Of a stretch of DNA of 64,000 nt, positions 26,543 through 37,126 are shown one piece after another; within the stretch, counting starts at the first letter, position 1, and each line of letters begins with the position of its first letter. Source of the DNA: a virus; IMG/VR virus record IMGVR_UViG_3300027719_000003, positions 1 to 64,000 of that record, one strand, 5' to 3'. Below the pieces are notes generated by a model, which was given only the letters and a program-made list of their open reading frames with translations, had not been told where the DNA came from and searched no databases. Made by a program: the position numbers and the translations under genes.

Positions 26543-29500
26543 ATGATGGCGGCTGGTGCAGTTTATACACGACTTTACATTGAGGGCAATGAGTATTTTA
26601 TGACCCTCAAGAAAGCACAAGCTCAGACGCAAGAATGGGCTAAAGATACTACCAAGAATGTTAATACTGTCGGGCGGGATTTTGCCAATCTCGCCCGTTC
26701 TGTTATAGGGATCACGGCATCGTTTCAGGCAGTAAAAAAAGTAGTATCGGAAGGTATTGATTTTAATAAGTTTGTTTCGGAGCAAACCGCCGCCTTTGCT
26801 GTGATGATGAAGTCTACCGATGATGCCAGAGCAAAGATGGCAGAATTGTATAAGTTTGCTGTTGAGAGTCCGCTGACGTTCAAGGAAACGGTTAGTGCCT
26901 CGAAGCAGTTATTGGCGTATGGATTTTCTGCCGAGAGTCTAGTAAATAATATGGAAATGCTGGGAACAGTGGCGAAGGCTACTGGACATTCCCTTGATGA
27001 TATATCGTATGTCTATGGTACCTTGAAGACACAGGGTAGAGCGTATAGCCGCGACCTTATGCAGTTCGCTATGCGTGGTATACCCATTTATGATGAACTA
27101 GCCAATGTTATGGGAACTACAACGCAAGCAATAAAGAAATTGACTGAACAAGGCGCTGTTGGTTTTGAGGAAGTAGAAAAGGCGTTCAAGAACATGACCG
27201 GTGAAGGTGGGCGCTTCGCTGGTATGATGGACGCATACATGAAGACCCTAAGTGGCCAGTTGAGTATGTTTGGTGATATTGCCCAACAGAGTGCAGGAAA
27301 GATAGCATCTGGCACAACCACGGCACTCACAGAAGGTATTGGGGGTGTCATGGACGCCCTGAAGGATTCTAGTGGAGCATTTACCAATCTAGGTACAGAC
27401 TTGGGTATGGTCGCTTCTGCCATGTTAAGTGTGGTCGAGGCGGCAATCAGACTGACCCCCGCCATTGTATTGATTGTAAAGACACTTATAGTTGGTAAGA
27501 TGCTTCAGATGATAACAACATTGCCGAAGCTAGTATTGGCTGGAAGTGCCGCGTTAAAAGCAATGACGATAAGCATTATGAGTGTCAATGCCGCGTTTAG
27601 CACATTAGGAACTGGTGCTGTGTGGTCTCTGAAGCTAATAGGCGGTCAACTTGCTGTACTAGGTACGGAACTTTTAGCACTTATGGCCAATCCTGCATTC
27701 CTAGCTATTGCTGGACTAGCGGCTGGTCTAGCAGTCACGGCTACCGCTATGGCACGCGCTAAGGCCGCTGATGTATCATTACGAGAGACCAATCCTAGAG
27801 AAGCACTCCGGCAAAATGTTATAGGAAATATGCAGGGGTCGTTTGCGGCGGATGCAACTGGAGCTACATCCAGCATTCAATATACCACTACACAGGTAAG
27901 AGATGCCGCTAAAGAATTTGATCTTAGCTTATCCGACACCGTAAAAATTCTGCGTGATCTTGGTGTGGTGACGAATGGAACATATACCGAGATACAGAAC
28001 GCAATCACCAAGGGTGAGGATAAGTTACTTCAGACCGCCTCTCGTGCTATGAAGTCTCGATGGGAGATTGAGGCGCAATGGTACGCTACTTTTGCTGGTA
28101 AAAGTGCGGCAGATTATACGAACCCCACTGAAAAAATATCCAAAGGTGTTCTGGCCGCAAACGATTACATCTCTACATTTGAGGCTGATCGTCAGGCGAT
28201 GAAGGATGCCCTTGGATACGTTTTTAACAACGATGATCTTACTGATACCCTGACAAAAGAAATGACTGCTCTTAAAGAAAAACTCATTGAGGGCGCGTCT
28301 GTGCTGAATTATGATGATACACAGTTTGATGATATCCTTCGTGCTAGAATCAAGGCAATAGAGAAACTTATAGCTGATGGTGCAGAAAAAGCAAAGACTA
28401 TAGAGCATGACCTTTGGTTTACAAGAGAATGGCAAGCCAAGGCTTCTATTGATAAATTGGATGACCTAGACTTGGAACGAGATAAAGCACAGGCTACCGC
28501 TATTCAGAAAATGCAGAAAAAGGAAATAACAGAAAAAGAGTATGCTGATGCTTCTTTGGCAATAAATGAGTGGTATTACAACGAACGGCAAGCAATGGAG
28601 AAAGAGCGACTGGAAAAATTGTATACTACATTGAAAGATGGTAATTCAGAAATGTTTTCTTTATACCGTCAATGGGCCGCACAAGATTTTTCGGCAGGAG
28701 ATTATGGGTCTGGCTTGAATAATTCTATTATGGCTGGGTTTGAAGGCACTACCATAGGCAAGTTTATCACTTCTACCGACAAAGCCGCACAAGCTCTAAT
28801 CAATTTGGGTGAAGCGGCGGCAAAGGCCGCAGATGATTTTGTAAGCCAATTACTTGATAAAATAGAAGGCATAAACATCTCACAGTCTATAGATAATATA
28901 ACTACAGGAATAGCGGACTTCGTAAATAATATATTTGGCTGGGGGGATGATGCCGCTGATAGTGTAGAAAATCTTCAAGATGCAATTTCCAATTTAGAGG
29001 ATTTGCTTGGTAGGTTACAGGATGAATTTGATGCCCTGATTGCCAGAGCAGAAGAATTGATAGGTATACAGGTTGACTCCATGCAAGCTCTGTACGAAGT
29101 TGGAGCCATGTCGGGTAGCCAGTACGAAACCGCTGTCAATGATTTGTGGGCACAAAATGCAGAAGAATTAAAGGCGGCGTATGAGTTGGCGGGGCAGACT
29201 TATCCCGAAGACTATGCTACTGAAGGCACGTTGACGGATGTATACGCCGCACTTGAAGCAGTGGCATACAAACTTGGGGTGACACAAACACAATTAACTA
29301 CAACACAGGCACAGTTGGATACCGCCCAAGGAGATACTTCGGGGCTATCTGATGCGGCGTCCGGGGCATTAGCTGGAGCCGGAATTGGAGCTGGAATCGG
29401 CTCAATCATCCCCGGTATTGGTACAATAATCGGTGGCGCGGTAGGAGCTGGTGTTGGTGCCATTGGTGGTTTTGTGGGCGATCTCTTTGGTTGGTGGGAT

Positions 29501-29755
29501 GTTGGATCAACTAACATCCCCAAAGATCAAATGGGTACGGTACACAAGGGTGAGGCCATCATACCGCAGACCTTTGCAGAAGGTATCCGCTCTGGAGAGA
29601 TGGTGCTGTCAGGCAATGATGGGGCTGGAAACAGTGGAAATCCAGTATATGTTTCTGTCAATGTTAGCGGAAATGTGCTCGCTGAAAAAGATTTGGCCAC
29701 CTCGGTTGCACAGGCGATATATACTCAGCGTAAGCGTGGATTGCTTACAGTTTAG
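26543..29755 (+). CDS. tape measure protein
   Basis: 1070 aa, Ala-rich helical; FAVESPLTFKE tape-measure domain; C-terminal DVGSTNIPKDQMGTVHKGEAIIP. Confidence 0.92.
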   Translation: MMAAGAVYTRLYIEGNEYFMTLKKAQAQTQEWAKDTTKNVNTVGRDFANLARSVIGITASFQAVKKVVSEGIDFNKFVSEQTAAFAVMMKSTDDARAKMAELYKFAVESPLTFKETVSASKQLLAYGFSAESLVNNMEMLGTVAKATGHSLDDISYVYGTLKTQGRAYSRDLMQFAMRGIPIYDELANVMGTTTQAIKKLTEQGAVGFEEVEKAFKNMTGEGGRFAGMMDAYMKTLSGQLSMFGDIAQQSAGKIASGTTTALTEGIGGVMDALKDSSGAFTNLGTDLGMVASAMLSVVEAAIRLTPAIVLIVKTLIVGKMLQMITTLPKLVLAGSAALKAMTISIMSVNAAFSTLGTGAVWSLKLIGGQLAVLGTELLALMANPAFLAIAGLAAGLAVTATAMARAKAADVSLRETNPREALRQNVIGNMQGSFAADATGATSSIQYTTTQVRDAAKEFDLSLSDTVKILRDLGVVTNGTYTEIQNAITKGEDKLLQTASRAMKSRWEIEAQWYATFAGKSAADYTNPTEKISKGVLAANDYISTFEADRQAMKDALGYVFNNDDLTDTLTKEMTALKEKLIEGASVLNYDDTQFDDILRARIKAIEKLIADGAEKAKTIEHDLWFTREWQAKASIDKLDDLDLERDKAQATAIQKMQKKEITEKEYADASLAINEWYYNERQAMEKERLEKLYTTLKDGNSEMFSLYRQWAAQDFSAGDYGSGLNNSIMAGFEGTTIGKFITSTDKAAQALINLGEAAAKAADDFVSQLLDKIEGINISQSIDNITTGIADFVNNIFGWGDDAADSVENLQDAISNLEDLLGRLQDEFDALIARAEELIGIQVDSMQALYEVGAMSGSQYETAVNDLWAQNAEELKAAYELAGQTYPEDYATEGTLTDVYAALEAVAYKLGVTQTQLTTTQAQLDTAQGDTSGLSDAASGALAGAGIGAGIGSIIPGIGTIIGGAVGAGVGAIGGFVGDLFGWWDVGSTNIPKDQMGTVHKGEAIIPQTFAEGIRSGEMVLSGNDGAGNSGNPVYVSVNVSGNVLAEKDLATSVAQAIYTQRKRGLLTV

Positions 29756-29762
29756 GTTGACG

Positions 29763-29792
29763 GCATGGGAAATGAATTCCCATGCTTTTATT
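29763..29792 (+). terminator. terminator-like hairpin after tape measure gene
   Basis: GCATGGGAA/TTCCCATGC plus TTTT. Confidence 0.5.
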
Positions 29793-29825
29793 GAGTGGGT
29801 GTGCCACCATTAAGAGGGGGATATA

Positions 29826-32800
29826 GTGCTGTATAGACGAGTTTTCTTTGACTTCCAAACTGGAGATAGTTTTGAGGAGGTCACGAGTTTAGTCAAGTTT
29901 GACGATTTCACCTTTTCTATTAGAGCTGGTTCGGATACTTTTCACTATTCTCAAAATGTAGCTAATATCTCCCTTGTGTATGATGCGGCCATATATACAA
30001 AGATTATGGGTGCCACTAATGATATTATAGTAAAAATTATCGATACCGATGAAACGGCCAGTGATCCCATAGTATACACCCCACTTTTTCAAGGGCACAT
30101 TGCCCCCTCCAAGTCACATTCATATGACGGCATTATAGATAATGTTATTCTGAATCTTGAAGCATTGGATGACGGCGACTACTTAGATAAAGAAATAGGC
30201 GATATATGCTATAGGCATTATACTGTAATGAATCCAGCAAGTCCAGAGACATCTATAGTTCATCAGCTTGCATATATTGCTGGCTTCACTGTGGGACAGA
30301 TAGACGGTAGTGTTACTATTCCCGTAGAACTGAATGCATATTCTCCCCCTTCCACTTCTGATACAATAAAAGATTTATTGGATACCGTGTTATTTGAGTA
30401 TGGGTATGTTCTACACTTTAACGAGCTGGGACAGATATCCCCAACTTTGTGGATGCATACAGATGCCGTTGATGCATTGACATTCAATGAAGACAATGTT
30501 CTTGATGGTTCCTTTGATATTGCCGATGGCCTAAAGGAATATGACGGTGCAGAGATAACCTATTATGAACTAGGAGAAGGCATCACCACATCAGGCCAGA
30601 CTGATATCCTTCTCTATAGGGACGGCGATTTGCCATATGCCAGTGATGGCTCGTTCTTGGGGTACGCTGTTCTTAGCGGATACACTTATCCGCCTCTTAC
30701 TAATGTCATAGATGAGACTACAGGCAACCCAACTCTAGTTTACCAAAAATACGAAGATACCGCCATCAAATATTGGACGAATAAAGCTATCACTGAAAGG
30801 CTTGATTACAATTATAAGGCGTTTACCTCTGATTTTTCCAGTATTGTGGCTACGTCCGGTTGGTATCTTGATTACAGTGCTGATGCTGGAGTTGAACTTA
30901 TAACGTCAGAGTTTGAGAACACACAGGCCCGTATAGTATTTTCTGGTCTAAACAACGACGCGAACTTGCTGTACTACTGCAATGTGTATGGAAAGATTCT
31001 GTATAAAACATCAGAAAGAGTTTGTGCAGTAACGACTATTTCAGGTTCGGAAGATTTGGATAAATACGTCAGTACCTTTATTTTTGAGAAAGAACATGCT
31101 GATATATTGTGTAAATTTTTGGCCCTTCAACATTCTACAAACAACCTCAATATAGATTTAGAGTCAGAACAATTGGTAGAAGTGGGGGAACTGGTTTACG
31201 TCATAACAGGAGACGGCACCAATGAGCTATGTTATGTAGCTGAACGAAAGTATACGGAAAAAACGAAACTCTATACTTATTCGTTGCGGTCATATATGTA
31301 TGGTGATGAAGTCACACTTCCAGCCTTGACCAGTCAATCAGTGACATCTCCATCCAGAATTAACGGTGTTACATCCAGCTCTACACCAGACGCAAAAGAG
31401 ATGATGGGTGGTGCTTTGTTTGTATCCACCACAAATATAGTTCGTAATCGTTTGGAAGAACTCACCCCTTCTGGTATAAGTATGTATGCTAGGTATGCCT
31501 ATGATGGAACCGATTATCTTGGAAGATTCACAGTAGAACTGTCACATGATGGCGTGACATATCAAGACCCGGTGTACACTTCCGCCTCTGATGAAACCAG
31601 TTATGTGTATGCTGTGCCAACAACCATGATTGTTACAGCTTCGTCTTATTATGTTGCGTCTGTCCGAATAAGATTGTATCCAACTGGTGGGGTGGGGGTA
31701 TATAAGCAACAGGCACTGTGTGCTGTTACCGCTGATCCATCAATAGCTCCCATGTATCTTGGAATTGGTATACTATCTGCATTGGGGACTATGGAATATG
31801 AAGCGGCGGATGTCAATGAAACTGGTGATATAACTGTAATTGGTGCTTTTGATCAAGTATACGTCGGCGATACTGTTGTCAATTACTCCGCTACTGGTGG
31901 GGTTGCTACACTAGGTATGTTCAAGTGGAATGGTTCAGCATGGGTCAAGACAACATCAATAAAGGATTTGACTCCTGCAATGAATGATCTATTTGGACTA
32001 TCAGTTGCGGGGATATCCATTGCTGATGCTACAGTTTTGTCTCTGCTTATAGCCAAGCAGATACTTGCTGAGAACGTCGATGTGACCGGCCAGCTCACGG
32101 TACAGGCCGGTGGAAGGATGCGATATGAAACAGGCGCGGGCGTTCAGAAACGCTGTGTGCAACTCGCAGATGAAAAGATCGATTGGCTTGATACTCCTGA
32201 TACTACTCCTGCATCAGCTGAGCAGTTGCGATTTAGATTCGGCAGGCTTGGGGTAAGTGGTGCCGTCCTCGCTGACGGCGAATTCTATACTAATTGCGAT
32301 CAAGGTCTTTCTGCTGAGACAATCATCAAAACGTCTACCGGCTACTCGCCTGCGTATCGATTCGACGCCGCTGGCGATTTGTGGATAGGATACGGCATTT
32401 ATGAAAAAAAATACAGCGCGGGAGCATGGGGGACTGAGGTTTCGACAGCGTCCGATGTTTCAGGATACAAATCTGGCTTTATAACTTTACAAAACGGAGA
32501 CGGGTTATTGGTGTATATAGATTATACAGCCTCAAGCCTCAAGCAATGCTTAAAAATTGGCGGCATATGGGGGACGCCGACCACCATCCGCTCCGTTTCT
32601 TTTTCATCTCATGTTGCGGCAGTTCAAGAAAATAACGGGGCTATACGTGTAGTATATCAAGAAATCCCATCATTAAAAATATTTGAGATAGTAAACACGG
32701 GGAGCGGGTTTGGCACTCCTGTGGAAATTGTAGCAAGCGCCAGCCTGTGCGCCCCTGCCTACTTACTGGCGACAGACGGAACGCTCAGGCTTGCGTACTC

Positions 32801-33875
32801 AGACGCGAGCGGCTACCTTACGGAAATAATCTACACGACCACATGGAGTAGTGCGAGCGTGATAACGTCGGCCGCTTCAGGCTATCCGGCGTATTATCAG
32901 AAAATAAACGGGAGCATATACATTGCGTACCGGCGCGAAGCTGATGGGTACATCGTCGAGAAAATGCTGAACAGTACCTGGGGCTCGGAAAGCGTGCTAA
33001 ACGCCGCATCGTCCAACGCTCCTGCTTTGATCCAGCAAATTAACGGCGATATACACTTCGCATATACGACTACCGACCTAGTCGAGCGTATTCACCGGAA
33101 CTACGCCCGAGTCGGCGGTGGTTTTATCGCCAAAGGCGCTACCGACTACACCCTGTTCGATGGTGCAAAAATTACAGTTTCTGGTACCAGCTTGACTGGA
33201 TATATCGGGCCGCAAGGACCAACTGGACCGACGGGGGATCAAGGTGAGCAAGGAATTCAGGGAGATGCCGCTACCATCGCAGTCGGCACGGTTGTACCAG
33301 GAGATAGTCCAGAGGATGCGAGTGTCATAAACTCGGGGACGTCTGGGGATGCGGTGTTTGATTTCACTCTCCCGAAGGGCGACCCCGGTACGACAGTCCC
33401 CGATATTTCCGCCTTGACTGTGTGCACCGATCCGGACCCGGTGAATGACAGCCTCATCATATACGACGCAAGCGCGGGCAGCCACAAGAGACTGGCGCCA
33501 GAAAAGGCGTTCAGTCCGCCGATCGGATTCATCTATGCTCAGTTCCCCGGAAAGTCAGATCCTGCGACGTTGTTCGGTCTAGGCACATGGAGCAATGTAT
33601 CATCATCATTCGCTGGAGACTTCTTCAGGGCCGAAGGCGGGAATGCAGGCGCATTCAAGAGTGGTGAGCAGGCGCAAATGATACTCAACCACGTTCACAC
33701 CACATACATGCCATTCGGTAACGCAACTGCCGGGTCCGGTGCGCCATATCAAGTACGCGCAGCGAGCAATATTGTAGCCTCGTACAATGCCTCGTCCGGG
33801 AATCCAACTGTAAATGGGGGAGTCGAAAATAGGCCGGCGAACCAAACTATTCGTATATGGGAGAGAACAGCATGA
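29826..33875 (+). CDS. large tail tip / receptor-binding fibre protein
   Basis: 1349 aa; beta-propeller-like W-G/S repeats, short collagen GXY stretch, C-terminal PIGFIY...FFRAEGGNA...ENRPANQTIRIW fibre tip. Confidence 0.82.
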   Translation: MLYRRVFFDFQTGDSFEEVTSLVKFDDFTFSIRAGSDTFHYSQNVANISLVYDAAIYTKIMGATNDIIVKIIDTDETASDPIVYTPLFQGHIAPSKSHSYDGIIDNVILNLEALDDGDYLDKEIGDICYRHYTVMNPASPETSIVHQLAYIAGFTVGQIDGSVTIPVELNAYSPPSTSDTIKDLLDTVLFEYGYVLHFNELGQISPTLWMHTDAVDALTFNEDNVLDGSFDIADGLKEYDGAEITYYELGEGITTSGQTDILLYRDGDLPYASDGSFLGYAVLSGYTYPPLTNVIDETTGNPTLVYQKYEDTAIKYWTNKAITERLDYNYKAFTSDFSSIVATSGWYLDYSADAGVELITSEFENTQARIVFSGLNNDANLLYYCNVYGKILYKTSERVCAVTTISGSEDLDKYVSTFIFEKEHADILCKFLALQHSTNNLNIDLESEQLVEVGELVYVITGDGTNELCYVAERKYTEKTKLYTYSLRSYMYGDEVTLPALTSQSVTSPSRINGVTSSSTPDAKEMMGGALFVSTTNIVRNRLEELTPSGISMYARYAYDGTDYLGRFTVELSHDGVTYQDPVYTSASDETSYVYAVPTTMIVTASSYYVASVRIRLYPTGGVGVYKQQALCAVTADPSIAPMYLGIGILSALGTMEYEAADVNETGDITVIGAFDQVYVGDTVVNYSATGGVATLGMFKWNGSAWVKTTSIKDLTPAMNDLFGLSVAGISIADATVLSLLIAKQILAENVDVTGQLTVQAGGRMRYETGAGVQKRCVQLADEKIDWLDTPDTTPASAEQLRFRFGRLGVSGAVLADGEFYTNCDQGLSAETIIKTSTGYSPAYRFDAAGDLWIGYGIYEKKYSAGAWGTEVSTASDVSGYKSGFITLQNGDGLLVYIDYTASSLKQCLKIGGIWGTPTTIRSVSFSSHVAAVQENNGAIRVVYQEIPSLKIFEIVNTGSGFGTPVEIVASASLCAPAYLLATDGTLRLAYSDASGYLTEIIYTTTWSSASVITSAASGYPAYYQKINGSIYIAYRREADGYIVEKMLNSTWGSESVLNAASSNAPALIQQINGDIHFAYTTTDLVERIHRNYARVGGGFIAKGATDYTLFDGAKITVSGTSLTGYIGPQGPTGPTGDQGEQGIQGDAATIAVGTVVPGDSPEDASVINSGTSGDAVFDFTLPKGDPGTTVPDISALTVCTDPDPVNDSLIIYDASAGSHKRLAPEKAFSPPIGFIYAQFPGKSDPATLFGLGTWSNVSSSFAGDFFRAEGGNAGAFKSGEQAQMILNHVHTTYMPFGNATAGSGAPYQVRAASNIVASYNASSGNPTVNGGVENRPANQTIRIWERTA

Positions 33876-34387
33876 TGTACGCAAAGATTGAGAATGAGAT
33901 AATTACTCATATTTATTGTGGTGATAAGCCTGAAGGCACCATTGATATTCCTGATACTTTTGATGGATGTGTTGGACAGAGCATCCATGAGTTCAACGAC
34001 AAGTGGGAAATGTACCCACTGTCAAAACGATATGCAGATGGGTTTGTCAAAGCTCCAAAAGGGTTCAAGCTCGACGGGGAGGAGTGGAAAGAACTAACGC
34101 AGATCGAGAAGTACCGGAATGGAATCTATCCCGTTCCGCTGGGAGCAATCCTTGAAGGCAACGAGGTTCGCCCGATGACCCGTGAAGAGAAAGTAGTCAG
34201 TAAGTTGATGACGAAGGAAGAAGCCGACGAAGAAATACGGCTTGAAGAAATAGCCGAGCTGTCAGCCTTTCTGACCTCGACAGACTGGTACGCTACGCGC
34301 ATGGCCGAAACAGGCAAGGCAATACCGGAGGAGATGATCGCAAAGAGACAAGCGGCACGAGAGCGAATATCAGAACTGAAAGGGTAG
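33872..34387 (+). CDS. tail fibre assembly chaperone
   Basis: LTSTDWYATR...KRQAARERIS motif. Confidence 0.75.
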   Translation: MMYAKIENEIITHIYCGDKPEGTIDIPDTFDGCVGQSIHEFNDKWEMYPLSKRYADGFVKAPKGFKLDGEEWKELTQIEKYRNGIYPVPLGAILEGNEVRPMTREEKVVSKLMTKEEADEEIRLEEIAELSAFLTSTDWYATRMAETGKAIPEEMIAKRQAARERISELKG

Positions 34388-34390
34388 ACT

Positions 34391-35146
34391 ATGGAGTTTT
34401 TGTCTTCCCCTTGGGGATTTGCTTCTATAGCTTTTATTGCCACGGCAGTTGTGGTGATTGTCTATAGAGTTGGCTTTATGTCCATATCAAGGGGCAATAT
34501 ACTTGTAGGGAGGGGGGAGCTGAAAAAAGTCTCCCCTCATAGCACCTGTCCATACGCGAAAGACATCATGGAGTTAATACACCGGACAACGGAGCACATG
34601 GAGCGTAGGCAAGAACTAAAAACCTTTCTTATTGAAGAACAGATGAAATACTATGAGGAAACAGAAGAAGAGGTTTTAGGATTAATGCGCAAAACCTACC
34701 TATCCTTATTGGCGGACAAACTGCAAGGGGACGTATCGTATGCCCAGCATCCAGAGTATACCGCCTATATTGTAACACTAAAAGCCATTGCATCGGAAGT
34801 TAAGTCATATATGCGTGGGTGCTTCAAAGCAAATCATTATGCGGAACGCTCTATAGAGGAACAACGTGTCTATGTTGAAAAAAAGAAAACAGTAGTAGTG
34901 CAGAAGATCACAGAATTACTTAATATCTACTGGAGAGGCGTTGTTGTTACGCGCTCTGAACTATATAAAGAGCACACTACTCTTTTGCCGGAATTACAAG
35001 AGTATGTGGAGACCATCTTTAACGAAGCATTTTTGTTGGCTAGGAACAGTAGTACCAAAATGCAACAGTTGGAAGAGGCTTACAATACATACCTGATTGC
35101 GGTACTTGGAGCCAATAAAGTAGGAGGGTGCTATGGGGATTGTTAG
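34391..35146 (+). CDS. membrane-anchored hypothetical protein in lysis region
   Basis: N-terminal TM helix, helical body. Confidence 0.7.
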   Translation: MEFLSSPWGFASIAFIATAVVVIVYRVGFMSISRGNILVGRGELKKVSPHSTCPYAKDIMELIHRTTEHMERRQELKTFLIEEQMKYYEETEEEVLGLMRKTYLSLLADKLQGDVSYAQHPEYTAYIVTLKAIASEVKSYMRGCFKANHYAERSIEEQRVYVEKKKTVVVQKITELLNIYWRGVVVTRSELYKEHTTLLPELQEYVETIFNEAFLLARNSSTKMQQLEEAYNTYLIAVLGANKVGGCYGDC

Positions 35147-35582
35147 AGATATTGGTAAATTGGTACCGGAAATGCAAAGCAAGTGTACATTGTTTTTAGC
35201 ACACTGCCAAGCTGAGAACTTTCCGGTAATGATAAATGAAACTTTTCGAGAGAGTATAACTCAGTGTATTTACTATATGCAGGGGAGAGTGGATGCTAGA
35301 CTCAATACAAATATTGTCAAGGAACTGAACTCCCTGCGTAAAGTACACGGTTTCTGGGAACTTACTGAAACAGAGGCCAAGTCTAAAATTATCACTTGGA
35401 CACTTGCCAGCAAGCATATGCTTGGCAAGGCTTTTGACGCCGTGCCTCTAAAAGATGGAAAGCCATGGTGGAACGCTCCTCAGGAAGTATGGGATAAAAT
35501 GGGGAATATAGGCGAAGGTGTTGGACTGATGTGGGGCGGTAGGTGGAAGAACAAAGATTCCCCCCACTTTGAGATTGTATAG
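35133..35582 (+). CDS. endolysin, M15-family peptidase
   Basis: ETFR...Q...Y.QGR, SKH...AFD, WGGRW..KDSPHFE. Confidence 0.9.
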   Translation: MGIVRDIGKLVPEMQSKCTLFLAHCQAENFPVMINETFRESITQCIYYMQGRVDARLNTNIVKELNSLRKVHGFWELTETEAKSKIITWTLASKHMLGKAFDAVPLKDGKPWWNAPQEVWDKMGNIGEGVGLMWGGRWKNKDSPHFEIV

Positions 35583-35588
35583 GAGGGT

Positions 35589-35840
35589 ATGATGGGCGAT
35601 ATAGTAGAGAAGCCGAGCAAGATTCCATCCGCGAAAGGTTCCAGTAAAGTGGCACAGATATTCGCCGCACTCTGGATAGCTGGCTGGAGTGCATACAAGT
35701 TCATTAGTGGCGGCGGTGCGGAATTACGAATTGAAGATATTATGCTTTCTGGTATAGGTATAGCGGCTACGTTTACTCCTGTATACTTTAGTATTATCCT
35801 TGATAAAATAAAGGATATACGTCTAGGAAAGGCGGACTAA
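35589..35840 (+). CDS. holin (2 TM helices)
   Basis: Two hydrophobic segments, basic C-terminus, adjacent to endolysin. Confidence 0.65.
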   Translation: MMGDIVEKPSKIPSAKGSSKVAQIFAALWIAGWSAYKFISGGGAELRIEDIMLSGIGIAATFTPVYFSIILDKIKDIRLGKAD

Positions 35841-36202
35841 TGTGGCATACCTTATCGAAGCTATTGTTGTGTTTCTTGTTGGGTTCGTTTGCGGCATCCT
35901 CATATGCCGAAGACCGAAAGATATGGATATACGAGAGCGAGCTAGTGGAGTTGAAGCAAATATCAATAAACTTGGAGAACAAGAATCAGAAATTAGAAAG
36001 CGACTTGAAGACCACGTTGGAGAAATCGAAGGAATGGGAACAGACATCGGTAGACTTAAAGAAATCTTGGGAAATATTCAAGCTCGAAATGGAAGCGGAA
36101 GTGGCGAAGAAGGATAAACAGATAAAGACTAGGAATATAGTTATCGGGATACTTGCAGTAGCTGTGCCAATAGGTTTTATTGGTGGTGCTATTGTATTTT
36201 GA
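35840..36202 (+). CDS. spanin-like protein (signal peptide, coiled coil, C-terminal TM)
   Basis: SYA-E cleavage motif, heptad repeats, hydrophobic C-terminus. Confidence 0.65.
   Translation: MWHTLSKLLLCFLLGSFAASSYAEDRKIWIYESELVELKQISINLENKNQKLESDLKTTLEKSKEWEQTSVDLKKSWEIFKLEMEAEVAKKDKQIKTRNIVIGILAVAVPIGFIGGAIVF
35842..36117 (+). CDS. i-spanin-like protein embedded in alternate frame
   Basis: GTG start, N-terminal TM helix then coiled coil. Confidence 0.55.
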   Translation: MAYLIEAIVVFLVGFVCGILICRRPKDMDIRERASGVEANINKLGEQESEIRKRLEDHVGEIEGMGTDIGRLKEILGNIQARNGSGSGEEG

Positions 36203-36206
36203 AGAT

Positions 36207-36244
36207 AAGTAAAGCCCCCACCGATGTGATGGGGGCTTTACTTT
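36207..36244. terminator. bidirectional terminator between convergent arms
   Basis: AAGTAAAGCCCCCA/TGGGGGCTTTACTT inverted repeat. Confidence 0.8.
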
Positions 36245-36851
36245 AGCCATCCTGCCGTTTGACTACCGATGCACCTTTATTTAAACTAATTTCAAAAACT
36301 CTATCCGCACACCCTATGATATCCGGTACGTGGCTCACCATGATGAACTGTATGTGGAGCTTATCGGATATCTCCTTCAATATCTCCCCTGCCCGTGGCT
36401 GTAGATCGCGGGAGAGGAACTTCATCGGCTCATCCAAGCATATCGTATTATCGGACTTCCCGAGGCTCCACGCCGCTATACGAAGTGCGAATGACGCCAC
36501 ATCCACTACACCCCCACCTGATGCCTCCATAGGATCAATCTCGAAGCCGTTCTTCATAAAGACTAAGCGAGCTTCGGTCTTGTTCCGCTTTATCTCAAAG
36601 ACAAGCTGGAACTGATATTCACCGGGAAAGCACGTATCTAAAGCCGTGTTCACTACGTCCTGAATATGGATGGTAAGCTGTTCCTGTGTCTTCTGTGCTA
36701 CATTCTGCACCAAAGCCAAGGCTTGCTCTAGGTTAATAGAACGGGTGGCGTTCTTCTCTATCTTGTCTCGATAGTCGGATGCTTCCTTGTCCATTGCCTC
36801 ATAGCGGCCCCGTGCTTGGTTGGTAGCTTTGTCATATTGCGCTAGTGTCAC
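36243..36851 (-). CDS. SbcC/Rad50-like ATPase, C-terminal half
   Basis: ASGGG signature, ICLDEP Walker B, VSH H-loop. Confidence 0.88.
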   Translation of the reverse strand: MTLAQYDKATNQARGRYEAMDKEASDYRDKIEKNATRSINLEQALALVQNVAQKTQEQLTIHIQDVVNTALDTCFPGEYQFQLVFEIKRNKTEARLVFMKNGFEIDPMEASGGGVVDVASFALRIAAWSLGKSDNTICLDEPMKFLSRDLQPRAGEILKEISDKLHIQFIMVSHVPDIIGCADRVFEISLNKGASVVKRQDG

Positions 36852-37126
36852 AATACTTCCTCATAAGTCTTTGCGAAGATATCTGGTTTACAGGGATAAA
36901 ACTCACCATTAACGCCCTTGATGATAAAATCACCTGATATTGCAGTCATAATCCCCTCAAGAGTATCAATCTGCCAATAAACACCAGAAGGATTATGCTC
37001 TGTTGGTTCTAGTACTGGAGAAGAGTACACTTTTCCACTAGACCATCTTTGTACTTCAAATTCTGTCTTTACATTTATCTCTACAGCTTCGATCACGACA
37101 GGCTTCTTTCTGTATTGCTTAATCAT
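36848..37126 (-). CDS. conserved phage protein
   Basis: YRKKPVVIEA...TLEG...GDFIIKGVNGEFYPCKPDIF. Confidence 0.8.
   Translation of the reverse strand: MIKQYRKKPVVIEAVEINVKTEFEVQRWSSGKVYSSPVLEPTEHNPSGVYWQIDTLEGIMTAISGDFIIKGVNGEFYPCKPDIFAKTYEEVL

Noticed and set aside
29826-33875. Diversity-generating retroelement or invertible tail-fibre system
   Set aside because: No reverse transcriptase, invertase or template/variable repeat pair was seen.
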